Source of the DNA: a virus
Length of the DNA stretch: 64,000 nucleotides
Reading direction: 5' to 3' (one strand)
Virus record (IMG/VR): IMGVR_UViG_3300028197_000003
Coordinates: 128,352-192,351 of that record
The notes beneath the pieces were generated by a model. It saw nothing but the letters and a program-made list of their open reading frames with translations. It was not told the origin of the DNA and did not search any database. A program made the translations under genes and the position numbers. Numbering within the stretch: the stretch's first letter is position 1; every line of letters starts with the position of its first letter. Below are positions 47,387 to 57,236 of this stretch, in pieces.

Positions 47387-48205
47387 ATGGTTGAGTTTTA
47401 TGATGATCTAATTGATAACGAAGTATCGGACGAGATTTATAATTATTGTCAAACTATTTCCTGGTATCATAAGTGGTATGGTCTTGATGTGGAGACCAAT
47501 CATTGTACCAGGAAATTGAATGAATATATTCCAGCACAGGATGGCAATGCTGTCCACCGTCACATATTATCTCAAGAGGCAGCACTCCATGGACTGATGC
47601 AACTCTTGCAGTTCTCATCATATAGACACCCTCTGGGATGGAACACTCAGTCATTGGAAGAACGTAATCCATTGATATGGTCATTGTGGTGTACAATCAA
47701 TGACAAATTGTTTCAAGGTAAAGGAGATCTAGAGGGTATTGGAGATAAGGTTGATGGGTTGAGAGTTGGTAACCACTTCTTCAAAGATCAAATTGATTTC
47801 TATGAGAAGTATGGTGTCCCAAGAGATAAAGATCGTTGGACCACATACTTTAGTGCTAGGGCATCTGAACCCATTGGTTTAGCAAAAGTAAAGAAACAGT
47901 ATAAAGAGATTCATAAAGACACTTGCTTGGGGTGGTATGGAGATTATTATACAGTTTTATATGTGGTAAATAGGAATTGGAACCCCACATGGGGTGGTGA
48001 AATTGTATTTTATGGAGACGATTATACTGGTGATTGTCACCGTAAAGGCAAATATGATATAGGATGGCCAACTAATATTATAGGCAATAGACAGGGACGT
48101 GTGATAGTTTATCGTCATCATGACATTCACAAAGCAAATCCTCCCAGTTCCAATGCCGATGAGATGACTCAACGTATCGCGTTCAGGGTCAGAGTAACTA
48201 AATAA
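47387..48205 (+). CDS. 2OG-Fe(II) oxygenase (prolyl-hydroxylase-like)
   Basis: IHKD, WNPTWGGE, HHDIH, QRIAFRV. Confidence 0.8.
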   Translation: MVEFYDDLIDNEVSDEIYNYCQTISWYHKWYGLDVETNHCTRKLNEYIPAQDGNAVHRHILSQEAALHGLMQLLQFSSYRHPLGWNTQSLEERNPLIWSLWCTINDKLFQGKGDLEGIGDKVDGLRVGNHFFKDQIDFYEKYGVPRDKDRWTTYFSARASEPIGLAKVKKQYKEIHKDTCLGWYGDYYTVLYVVNRNWNPTWGGEIVFYGDDYTGDCHRKGKYDIGWPTNIIGNRQGRVIVYRHHDIHKANPPSSNADEMTQRIAFRVRVTK

Positions 48206-48237
48206 TACCAGCACCTAACCTGTACTAATAATACGCC

Positions 48238-50223
48238 ATGTCAAGAGCCAGGGAACTAGCTAAGGTTGGTGGACTGAATCAGCAAGTCGTTGCTGGTCTG
48301 TCTTCCCACGTTGGCGTCTCCACTTTCGCAGCAGACGTGTTTATGTACAGTAACTTAGCGGTTACTGGCACAACCACATTCAATGGAGGCACCCTGACTC
48401 TCGGGGATGCTGCATCTGATAATGTTGTATTTGGAGCAGATGTGAATTCTCACATCATTCCTAATACGGATGATACTTATGATCTCGGTTCTGCGACGCA
48501 ACAGTGGCGCAACCTTTATGTTGATGGAACATCTAATTTAGATGAAGTAACAATTTCTGGAACAGTTACTCTTAGTAGCGGTCTTGCAAATACTGAATTA
48601 CAAAATAGCACAGTTGCTTTCGGTGGTGTAAGTCTAGCACTTGGTGGCACTGATGCTACACCAGCATTCAACCTGAGTGACGCGACTAACTATCCAACCT
48701 CAAGTTTGTCTGGTACTATTACTAACACACAGTTAGCAGGTAGTATTGCAAATAGCAAACTCGCTAACGATAGCGTTTCTTTCGGTGGTGTAAGTTTAGA
48801 CCTTGGTGGCACAGATTCTACTCCAGCATTTGATCTGTCTGACGCTACTGCCTATCCTACTAGTAGTCTAGTTGGAACTATCACTAACACACAGTTAGCA
48901 GGTAGTATTGCAAATAGCAAACTGTCAAATGACAGCGTTGCTTTCGGTGGTGTAAGTTTAGACCTTGGTGGCACAGATGCTACCCCAGCATTCGACCTTT
49001 CGGATGCCACTAGTCTTCCAATCAGCACTGGTGTTTCTGGTCTTGCTTCTAACGTAGCAACGTTCCTTGGCACACCTTCTAGCAGCAATCTACGTTCTGC
49101 TGTAACTGACGAGACTGGCACTGGTGCTCTTGTATTTGGCACTTCACCAACTGTTGCCACACCTGACATCACTGGTCGTGCGACCATGGATGATGCAACT
49201 CTTAGTGGTGGTCTTGTAGTTGGCGCTGGTCTTACTGTCACTGGCACCCTGAATGCAACATCTGCCGCACTCGTTACCCCTGACATCAGTGGTCGTGCGG
49301 TCATGGATGACCTCACCCTGAGTGGTGGATGTGTCGTTGGCGCTGGTCTTACCATCACGGGTGACCTCACCGTAAATGGTACCACAACTACCATCAACAG
49401 CACGGTCGTTTCCGTAGACGACAAAACATTTGAACTGGGATCCGTTGCTTCTCCTTCAGACACCACAGCAGATGCTGGTGGCATTGTTCTGAAAGGGGCA
49501 TCTGATCACACTCTCTTGTGGTATAATGATAATGATCATTGGGAATCCAGTGAGCATTTCAACCTTGTGTCTGGTAAATCATTCCAGATCGCTGATACAG
49601 CAGTTCTTTCTGCTACTTCACTTGGTTCTGGTGTTGTCAGTTCTTCCCTGACATCAGTTGGAACATTGAGTGCTGTAACTGTTTCTGGTGACATCACTGC
49701 TAATGGTAACATTGCAGGTGATAATTCCACAAACATCACCGGAATTGCTGGTGTTACTGCATCAACCCTAACGGGAACGTTGCAAACTGCCGCTCAGTCT
49801 AACATTACATCAGTGGGAACACTGAGTGCTGTAACTGTCTCGGGTGACATCACTGCTAATGGTGACATTACAGGTGATGATTCCACAAACATCACTAGAA
49901 TCGACAGTCTTGTAGCAGCAACCCTAACGGGTACTCTACAGACAGCAGCACAAGCAAACATCACATCAGTTGGAACACTAAGTGCTCTGACTGTTTCTGG
50001 TGACATTTTGCCTAATGCTAATGGTACTCTTGACATTGGTGCAACGGGCACACGTTTTGCCAATGTATTCACCAGTGACCTTGACCTCAGCAACGAGGCA
50101 AAGGGCGTCAATTCCGTTGATGGAAGTTGGGGTTCTTACCTAATTGAGGAGGGAGAAGAGAGTCTCTTCATCACCAACCGTCGTAGTGGTAAAACATACC
50201 GCTTCATGATGGAAGAAGTCTGA
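48238..50223 (+). CDS. Tail fibre protein with internal repeats
   Basis: MSRARELA start, repeated modules, C-terminal RFANVFTSDLDLSN...GSW..EEGE domain. Confidence 0.85.
   Translation: MSRARELAKVGGLNQQVVAGLSSHVGVSTFAADVFMYSNLAVTGTTTFNGGTLTLGDAASDNVVFGADVNSHIIPNTDDTYDLGSATQQWRNLYVDGTSNLDEVTISGTVTLSSGLANTELQNSTVAFGGVSLALGGTDATPAFNLSDATNYPTSSLSGTITNTQLAGSIANSKLANDSVSFGGVSLDLGGTDSTPAFDLSDATAYPTSSLVGTITNTQLAGSIANSKLSNDSVAFGGVSLDLGGTDATPAFDLSDATSLPISTGVSGLASNVATFLGTPSSSNLRSAVTDETGTGALVFGTSPTVATPDITGRATMDDATLSGGLVVGAGLTVTGTLNATSAALVTPDISGRAVMDDLTLSGGCVVGAGLTITGDLTVNGTTTTINSTVVSVDDKTFELGSVASPSDTTADAGGIVLKGASDHTLLWYNDNDHWESSEHFNLVSGKSFQIADTAVLSATSLGSGVVSSSLTSVGTLSAVTVSGDITANGNIAGDNSTNITGIAGVTASTLTGTLQTAAQSNITSVGTLSAVTVSGDITANGDITGDDSTNITRIDSLVAATLTGTLQTAAQANITSVGTLSALTVSGDILPNANGTLDIGATGTRFANVFTSDLDLSNEAKGVNSVDGSWGSYLIEEGEESLFITNRRSGKTYRFMMEEV
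48607..49020 (+). repeat. 162-bp (54-aa) tandem repeat, about 2.6 copies
   Basis: TTCGGTGGTGTAAGT at 48619, 48781 and 48943; 41-bp identical block at 48721 and 48883. Confidence 0.9.
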
Positions 50224-50264
50224 TCACTATTCTATAAATAAACTACGAAGGAGACACAAAGTCA

Positions 50265-51077
50265 ATGGCTCTATACGGTACTGGTTCAAACGTAAACCAA
50301 ACCACAGACGTTAGTGCCGGTAATTATGGTTCGGCTAGTGCCATTCCAGTTATTACTGTCGATTCAGATAAGCGTATCAGTGCAATCAACACTGCTTCTA
50401 TTACTCTGGACGCATCGGTCAACGCAAATGCATCTGTTGGTGATGTAGGTACATACGCTTTTCTGCAGCAATCTGGCACAGAAAATGCGGCAACAAACCC
50501 TGGGTCAACTGTAGCGGGGTCAACACTCCGTTACTCTGATGCCACAGGGCGTAAAAGTAACAGTGCTCCGTCAGGTAACTGGCGCTGCATGGGATATGAT
50601 TCAGGTGCAGCACTGGTAAACTCTGGTTCTGGTACTGGTTCAGGTTCAGGATCTGGTAACATTTCCGCTAATGCTGATGGTAACTTAGCACTGTCTGGTG
50701 GTAATGTTCAGGGTAACGCTGCCTTGTCAGGTGGTAACCTTGATGGTAACCTGACTGGTAACTTGAGTGGCGGCAACATTGACGGTAACACCAACGTCAA
50801 CGTTTCGGGTAACATTCAAGGCGGTAAAGGCGGTTCGTTCAACGTGAACTCTGGTGTTCCTACTGATAACTTGGCTGTTGGTGGTTCAGTTGACGTTGGT
50901 GGAGACAACACTACCATTGCTGGTAACGTTCCTACTGACAACTTGAGTGTTGCTGGTAACATTCCTACTGACAACTTGACAATCAATGGTACAGCATCTG
51001 TAAACGTTACTGTCAACTCAGTAACCGTGAATACCACGGTTGCTTATTCTGCAACCCTTTGGTTGCGTTATTCCTAA
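50265..51077 (+). CDS. Tail fibre tip-like protein
   Basis: AGNYGSASAIPVITVD; VGTYAFL...LRY...GNWRCMG...ATLWLRYS; TATAAATA late promoter at 50233. Confidence 0.7.
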   Translation: MALYGTGSNVNQTTDVSAGNYGSASAIPVITVDSDKRISAINTASITLDASVNANASVGDVGTYAFLQQSGTENAATNPGSTVAGSTLRYSDATGRKSNSAPSGNWRCMGYDSGAALVNSGSGTGSGSGSGNISANADGNLALSGGNVQGNAALSGGNLDGNLTGNLSGGNIDGNTNVNVSGNIQGGKGGSFNVNSGVPTDNLAVGGSVDVGGDNTTIAGNVPTDNLSVAGNIPTDNLTINGTASVNVTVNSVTVNTTVAYSATLWLRYS

Positions 51078-51099
51078 TCAACCAAAGAATTAGAAAAAA

Positions 51100-51498
51100 A
51101 TGTCATTCACAGTAAACGCTGTCAAGAACCCTAAGTGGGCAAATGAAGAGCATAATATGATCGACATGGAAGTCGATTTTATTGAATTCGATGAGGCGTG
51201 GTTGCCATATACCACGTCTCCTACCGATGTGGTAGAACACTCCCGCACTCTTTATTCGCGTGCATTGGCTGGTGAGTTTGGCACCATTGCCGATGCAGAA
51301 TCCACCGAGAAGTGGACTCCTTACTATGAGGATTCCATCGAAGTCTCTACTGAAGGTCTAGTTCAACTGTTGTTGGAAAAAGGTCTTCTGAGTGATGATG
51401 AAGTAGATAGTATTCTACTTGAGAAGACCGAGCATGTCGGTTACTATCGCCGCACTGATGATGGCATCAACCGCCAATGGGGCGGTGGCATGGCGTGA
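51100..51498 (+). CDS. Tail fibre assembly chaperone-like protein
   Basis: NPKWAN...IDMEV.F...LPYT.SPTD...GEFGTIA. Confidence 0.65.
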   Translation: MSFTVNAVKNPKWANEEHNMIDMEVDFIEFDEAWLPYTTSPTDVVEHSRTLYSRALAGEFGTIADAESTEKWTPYYEDSIEVSTEGLVQLLLEKGLLSDDEVDSILLEKTEHVGYYRRTDDGINRQWGGGMA

Positions 51499-52486
51499 GG
51501 TTGGTGTCATAGCACAACCATCCGACAAATGGCATCATACCATGATGAGGTATCTTGGATTACACCAAGATGCCTTTTTTATGTTTGGGATTTCTCCTGG
51601 TGTGTGTAGGGAAGCAATAGGGCGTCCTGATTTGTTATATACAAAATCTGATGTATTTGATAGTAGACTGTTATATTCATGGTCTAGATTCCACCATGAA
51701 AAGATAACAAAGAGTAAGTTTTCTAATGTCCATAGTTATTATGGGACTTGCCCATTTGTATGGGAGTTAGGTAGAGTCCACATGCAGAGATATGTGGAAC
51801 CTAAAGGATCATTATTCTTCTTACCACGTGATGATCAGGTAACTATTCGTGTAGATGAATATAAGACTGTGCAGGATGCTATTGATTCAGCACCCACACC
51901 AATTACATTCTTAGTGCCATTTCGTGATTGTGATAAGTGGAAGCACTGGACAAAACTAAAATTACCTGATGACCATGAGATAGTGTCGCTGACTGATCGT
52001 GAGTCACGGCAAATCAAGTTAGCAACATTATTTCAGAAGCATGACCATGTGTATATCCCGTGGCCTGGAACTGATTTATTTTATGCTGCTTACTTAGGTA
52101 AGTCAATCCATTTATATGATGACATCCTAAAATATAGAACCAAGACTAGGGATGAGATGGATCGTCCACCTGAGAGAGTATTGATGCATCTCAAGTGGGG
52201 ATATGATTATCTTACAGACAAACAAAAAGAATTCTTCCATTGGTGTGAGGACTGGAATAATATTGACTTCCATGATCGTGTGTGGTTTACTAATAATATG
52301 CTAGGACTTGATGCACTCAAGTCACCCAAAGTATTATATGATGACCTACTAAAAAATAGTATGCTTCATCCCCTGCAAAAATACAGGCATCATGAATCAT
52401 ACCATAGGGGTTATGAGTGGTGTTCTAACCAGCGAGTTGACGCAGAACCCACTATACGGGGTGCCAGAATGGCGGATCTTCTTTAG
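51419..52486 (+). CDS. Putative glycosyltransferase-like protein (start uncertain; possibly 51458 or 51542)
   Basis: Long ORF; LF.KH..V..PW.GT.L.YA.YLGK.I segment resembles GT-B C-terminal lobes. Confidence 0.45.
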   Translation: MRRPSMSVTIAALMMASTANGAVAWREVGVIAQPSDKWHHTMMRYLGLHQDAFFMFGISPGVCREAIGRPDLLYTKSDVFDSRLLYSWSRFHHEKITKSKFSNVHSYYGTCPFVWELGRVHMQRYVEPKGSLFFLPRDDQVTIRVDEYKTVQDAIDSAPTPITFLVPFRDCDKWKHWTKLKLPDDHEIVSLTDRESRQIKLATLFQKHDHVYIPWPGTDLFYAAYLGKSIHLYDDILKYRTKTRDEMDRPPERVLMHLKWGYDYLTDKQKEFFHWCEDWNNIDFHDRVWFTNNMLGLDALKSPKVLYDDLLKNSMLHPLQKYRHHESYHRGYEWCSNQRVDAEPTIRGARMADLL

Positions 52487-53327
52487 GATGCTCTAAGAGA
52501 GAAAAGAACTCACTATCATTCCATCCACGATCATCAATATATGTTGATGCACGTGGTTTGCCAAAGTATAATGAATGATACTTGACACCCCATTCTTCTA
52601 ATTGTTTCTCAGTTCTACCACGACACAGATAGTCTGCATTACGTTGTTGCGCTTGTGGATCATTAGGGTATCTCTTTACACTTGAGATGTACCCACGTGC
52701 TGTCTGTAAATGTATCGTACAACCATCATCATATAACTCATTGACTTTTTCAATGCGATCCATGCGTGGCACAGCATTCCATGGATCACTATCATGTGGT
52801 TGAGTTAGTGTACCATCAATGTCAAAGCAATATACATCACATCGTGAAGTAACATCTTTTGTAGGTGCATGACGTGGTAGTAGTGGTAACTCAACACCAC
52901 ATTCTTCCATCATATTATAGATGGACATCAGTGCAAATACTTCAAATTCATGATAGAAATTGGATTCAACCACCAGTGTAGGAAGATATTCGTGTTTCTC
53001 TGGCGCAATAATAAGCACATTTGCATGCTCACGCCACTTTTCAACAGCATATACCGCAGGTGATTCTATCCTGCAAGTAATAAGAATGATAAGATCTGCT
53101 GCTCCAATAGCATAATCTACCCATGGTGCCTTCCAGTCACCATCACCACCCAGTGCAGTCTGATTGACACTATCAGGAGCAAAACAAAACTTACCCATGT
53201 GACGGTAAATGTCACTTGCCATATGTTGTGCGATGGCAAGGTTACCACCTGTCCCCATCAATGCCACACGAGTGGCATCTCTAAGCATGTCAGATGCTTG
53301 TTTCAGTTCTGTAGGGTTAGTAACCAT
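52452..53327 (-). CDS. SIS (GmhA-like) isomerase fused to HAD phosphatase
   Basis: GTGGNLAIAQHMASD (SIS); FDIDGT, QTARG, GKP..YIDD (HAD motifs I-IV). Confidence 0.8.
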   Translation of the reverse strand: MVTNPTELKQASDMLRDATRVALMGTGGNLAIAQHMASDIYRHMGKFCFAPDSVNQTALGGDGDWKAPWVDYAIGAADLIILITCRIESPAVYAVEKWREHANVLIIAPEKHEYLPTLVVESNFYHEFEVFALMSIYNMMEECGVELPLLPRHAPTKDVTSRCDVYCFDIDGTLTQPHDSDPWNAVPRMDRIEKVNELYDDGCTIHLQTARGYISSVKRYPNDPQAQQRNADYLCRGRTEKQLEEWGVKYHSLYFGKPRASTYIDDRGWNDSEFFSLLEHPKEDPPFWHPV

Positions 53328-54016
53328 TCCACCTCTTGAATGTGCCATGCACGATCAACTGCTCTAATTTTACCACATTTTAGATCATATGGTATCACAT
53401 CATATTTACCAATAAATCCAATGGTATCAAGTCCACGCCAATACTTGACAAATGTCATATCACAGTTAGGGAAATCAACGATAACGTTTCGTCTATAGAA
53501 GTATAACCCCAGTTGCACAGTGATATTGTCACACACCACATCAGGTTTGCGTTGCATGTGAACAACTTTACCATTATTCTCTATCATCTTGACAACATCT
53601 TCGTCTTGTAACTCACCATCCTCAAGACTTCGTGAACTTTGCACCATATCACAGTCATTATCAATGCCATATACAATCATTTCGTCTATCCATTTAGGAT
53701 CAGTGAGTGGTTCATCACCCTGTAGATTGAAGATATATTCGTGTGGTTGAGTTACTGCTATTTCTGCAACACGATGAGTGCATGTATAGTGTTTAGATGT
53801 AAGCATTGCATCATATCCATGCTCATATGCTAGATCAACGATTACTGGGTCTTCAGTAGCGATGACAACGTCATCAACATATTCTGACCTAGATGCTATT
53901 TCCGCCACTCTCAGGACCATTTGGGTGCCGTTGATGAGTGCTAATGGTTTACCAGGGAATCTACCTGATGACATTCTTGCTGGAATGACACACAGCACAC
54001 GCTTGCCGTTATACAT
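53303..54016 (-). CDS. kdsB: CMP-KDO synthetase-like cytidylyltransferase
   Basis: IPARMSSGRFPGKPL, VIATED, CTHRVAE, NLQGDEPL; substrate not proven. Confidence 0.8.
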   Translation of the reverse strand: MYNGKRVLCVIPARMSSGRFPGKPLALINGTQMVLRVAEIASRSEYVDDVVIATEDPVIVDLAYEHGYDAMLTSKHYTCTHRVAEIAVTQPHEYIFNLQGDEPLTDPKWIDEMIVYGIDNDCDMVQSSRSLEDGELQDEDVVKMIENNGKVVHMQRKPDVVCDNITVQLGLYFYRRNVIVDFPNCDMTFVKYWRGLDTIGFIGKYDVIPYDLKCGKIRAVDRAWHIQEVEWLLTLQN

Positions 54017-54060
54017 GTTATCTGATATACTAAGTACATCGTAGCATCGATTCTTTATCT

Positions 54061-54624
54061 ATGTCCATTCTTGGTGATAGTCACACCAAAACAATATGGC
54101 ATATGGCATTCACTATCCCTGACATAGAAGAAGGGATCAGATGGTATTGCGATGTGTTAGGATGTAGATTCTGCCAGCGTTTTGCGATCAACGTTGAAGA
54201 TGGGTCGCACAATCCTGGATTTATATTCTCTTTTGCAGGGCATCACGTGAGTGTACTTCAAGGACCAACATCTGTTGATCAACCAGATAGCAGACTCCCT
54301 AGACACAATGGTCCTGTATTCTTGGATCGTGATGAATACTTTGAAGCGGTTGAACATTGTAAGAACCACCCTGAAATCAATGTAATAGATAGCAAATACA
54401 ATTTTCTCATCCCAAAGAGAATTGATTCTGCTGTTGCACACTTGCATGGTCAGAATGTTAGGTGTCATCGAACTACTATCAAAGATCCGTGGAATAATTG
54501 GATTGAATTCAAGTATTATTCTTACGAGGATGAAATCCATGCTCAGAATCTTTCATGGTCTGATAAACCCAAGCATCCAGCAGTGTGGAGAGCAAATGAT
54601 CGAAAGCATCGGTGGTCAAAATGA
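54061..54624 (+). CDS. VOC/glyoxalase-family protein
   Basis: HMAFTIPDIEEGIRWYCDVLG, HNG, DPWNNWIEF. Confidence 0.8.
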   Translation: MSILGDSHTKTIWHMAFTIPDIEEGIRWYCDVLGCRFCQRFAINVEDGSHNPGFIFSFAGHHVSVLQGPTSVDQPDSRLPRHNGPVFLDRDEYFEAVEHCKNHPEINVIDSKYNFLIPKRIDSAVAHLHGQNVRCHRTTIKDPWNNWIEFKYYSYEDEIHAQNLSWSDKPKHPAVWRANDRKHRWSK

Positions 54625-54992
54625 AGAACTTGTCAATGCCAAAATGGAACAATCATGATCACCCTCAATATGAGGAAAATGAGTGGTCTGTTGGTGATGT
54701 GGTGCAGTTTGGCGAACACTATGGAATCGTATCTTTCTTCTATCGTGGCGGCATGACTGTGTGTGTCACTCGTGGTAGTGGCACAACCTGCCTACCGAGG
54801 AGTGATGTAAATATGGTAGTGATTGAGGGAACTCCTGTTGTTCCTCATGATGGGTCTAAACTGCATCCATCATTGCGTGGCATGGAAGTAAATTATAGTT
54901 TCTGTCCTGTTCCTCATACCAATATCAGCAAACAAATTGCCAAACGTGTGCCAGTCTCTGAAGCGGTACAAGATGGGAAGAAAGGGAGTTGA
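54612..54992 (+). CDS. Hypothetical protein
   Basis: ORF overlapping the VOC gene end. Confidence 0.55.
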   Translation: MVKMKNLSMPKWNNHDHPQYEENEWSVGDVVQFGEHYGIVSFFYRGGMTVCVTRGSGTTCLPRSDVNMVVIEGTPVVPHDGSKLHPSLRGMEVNYSFCPVPHTNISKQIAKRVPVSEAVQDGKKGS

Positions 54993-55026
54993 TTGAACAT
55001 ATACTATCTTCAGTTGAAAGCAACCA

Positions 55027-57159
55027 ATGTCAACCAACGAGATTCAGGGCATGCTTGCCCGTCTACTTGCAACTGAGAATCTGACTGTAGAGCATCGTCA
55101 GGTGGCGACTGCATCATTTGGACTTGACGATAGAGTTCTAACCCTCCCCATGTGGGACAATGTGACAGCATCAGTCTATGCCATGCTGGTGGCACATGAA
55201 GTGGGTCATGCACTCTATACACCATTGCGTAGATGGAGTAGAGAGGAACGGTATAGAGATCTTTCACCCTCTTACGTGAACATTGTCGAAGATACTCGTA
55301 TTGAGAAAATGATGAAGAGGAGATATCCTGGTGTCTCACGTGATTTCTATCATGGTTACCATGATATGCATGACAAAGACTTCTTTGAAGTGAAAGATAA
55401 AGATCTCACTTACTATTCATTCATTGATCGTATCAACATATATTTCAAGATTGGATCATTCATGGATGTTGAATTCAATGATGATGAGGCAGATGTTGTT
55501 ACTCATATCACTAATTGTGAGACCCATCAAGAAATGCTAGATCTAGCATTGATTGTGTGGCAGATGGATAAAGAGAACGATTTAGAATCAATAGAACCAG
55601 TTGATGGTAGTCAACAGAGTGGTGGCACTGATGGTGGTGATAAAGAATGGTTTACTGAGAGCACTCCTGAGGATGATCAACGTAATGATCAGACTAAAGA
55701 GGAGTCAGACTTAGACACACCATCATATGATATGAATGATAATTCTGATGATGAGGGTGGTGATGTTGATAGTGAGGAACCACTAGAATCAAAAACACAG
55801 AAATCATATGATAAAAAACTCAAAGATCTATCAAATGACAATGCATCTAGACCAACATATATGACACTGCCCAAGGTATATTTGGATAAAGTGGTCATTC
55901 CTGTTGGTAATGTTAGACAACACTTTGAGAATCACTTTGAAAGATGCATAAATTTCACAGATAATGACAATTATGAAGATCGTACATGCAAGACTGCTAT
56001 ATTTGAATCTAAGGAAGAATATAAACAGTTCAAAACCAGTGCACGAGCAGGTGTCAACTCTCTTGTGAAAGAGTTTGAAATGAGAAAGAGTGCTAGTGCA
56101 TATGCAAGAACATCAACTGCTCGCACTGGTGTGCTGGATACTAGCAAACTCCACACCTACAAGTATAGTGAGGATATATTCCGTAAGGTATCAGTAACAA
56201 CTGACGGTAAGAATCACTCTCTCATATTTGTATTGGATTGGTCAGGTTCAATGCAACACCAGATGCTAAGCACTATAAAACAGTTGTTCCAATTGTTGTG
56301 GTTCTGTAAGAAGGTAAGTATTCCCTTTGAAGTATATGCTTTTACCAATGAAGCATGGAGAACTAATGATAATCCAGAACAACATGAAAACTGTGCGTGG
56401 AGAGAGAAAGATCTTTATATTGGTAAAGAGTTCAGGATGGTGAACTTGATTAGTAGTAACATGAAATCACATGATTTTGAGAAACAACTGGAATATGTGT
56501 GGTTGACTGCATCATCATTCATAAACTGGATACAGACTCCATTTGGATATGGACTATCTGGTACTCCTATCAATGAAGCAATTGTATGTGTGGGTGAGAT
56601 TGCTAAACAGTATCAGCGTCAGACTAAAACTGAAAATTGCAATGTTGTGTTCTTGACTGATGGTGAGGGTAATATGTCAGGGATGAATATAACTAGAATG
56701 GGATATGATGATGTTGAACGTCGTGCTGCCACCCCAGTTAGGTGGAATACTATCATTCGCCATAAATCCCATACTTTCAATGTGGCAGGGATGGGTAGTC
56801 TACTCACCAACACACTTCTGAGAGCAATAAAAGTGGACAATCCACAATGTAATATCATGGCATTCAGATTATTCTCTCCGAATGACTTAGTTTCTCTCCA
56901 TAGGAACTATGGATCTGAAGCATATGAATCATATGATGATATGCGTAAAGAGTTGAAGAAACACGGTAGTGTAGCATTCAGCACAACAGGATTTGATCGA
57001 TGGTTTGGCATTCCTTGCAACAGTGTGTTCAACAGTGAGGATCTGGAGGTTGATGATGGTGCTAAGAAGAGTGATGTAAGCAAAGCATTTCGTAAAATGC
57101 ACAGTGGCAAGCGATCAAACAAGTACATCACCAAAGCGTTCATCGAACAGATCGCATGA
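55027..57159 (+). CDS. HExxH peptidase-like plus VWA (CobT-like) protein
   Basis: AHEVGH, NIVEDTRIE, acidic linker, MIDAS DWSGS, FLTDGE. Confidence 0.88.
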   Translation: MSTNEIQGMLARLLATENLTVEHRQVATASFGLDDRVLTLPMWDNVTASVYAMLVAHEVGHALYTPLRRWSREERYRDLSPSYVNIVEDTRIEKMMKRRYPGVSRDFYHGYHDMHDKDFFEVKDKDLTYYSFIDRINIYFKIGSFMDVEFNDDEADVVTHITNCETHQEMLDLALIVWQMDKENDLESIEPVDGSQQSGGTDGGDKEWFTESTPEDDQRNDQTKEESDLDTPSYDMNDNSDDEGGDVDSEEPLESKTQKSYDKKLKDLSNDNASRPTYMTLPKVYLDKVVIPVGNVRQHFENHFERCINFTDNDNYEDRTCKTAIFESKEEYKQFKTSARAGVNSLVKEFEMRKSASAYARTSTARTGVLDTSKLHTYKYSEDIFRKVSVTTDGKNHSLIFVLDWSGSMQHQMLSTIKQLFQLLWFCKKVSIPFEVYAFTNEAWRTNDNPEQHENCAWREKDLYIGKEFRMVNLISSNMKSHDFEKQLEYVWLTASSFINWIQTPFGYGLSGTPINEAIVCVGEIAKQYQRQTKTENCNVVFLTDGEGNMSGMNITRMGYDDVERRAATPVRWNTIIRHKSHTFNVAGMGSLLTNTLLRAIKVDNPQCNIMAFRLFSPNDLVSLHRNYGSEAYESYDDMRKELKKHGSVAFSTTGFDRWFGIPCNSVFNSEDLEVDDGAKKSDVSKAFRKMHSGKRSNKYITKAFIEQIA

Positions 57160-57236
57160 CAGTTGTGTAACTGCCCCGTACTGGGGTAGTTTTGTCAATT
57201 TCTACTTTACACTTAGTTCAATTCCACATCAAACAA

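Noticed and set aside
48607-49020. Diversity-generating retroelement TR/VR pair
   Set aside because: The repeats are tandem and in-frame, the differences are not adenine-specific, and no reverse transcriptase is in the window
37421-51037. Many antisense ORFs within fibre genes
   Set aside because: Expected from Gly/Thr/Val-rich codons that leave few stops on the reverse strand
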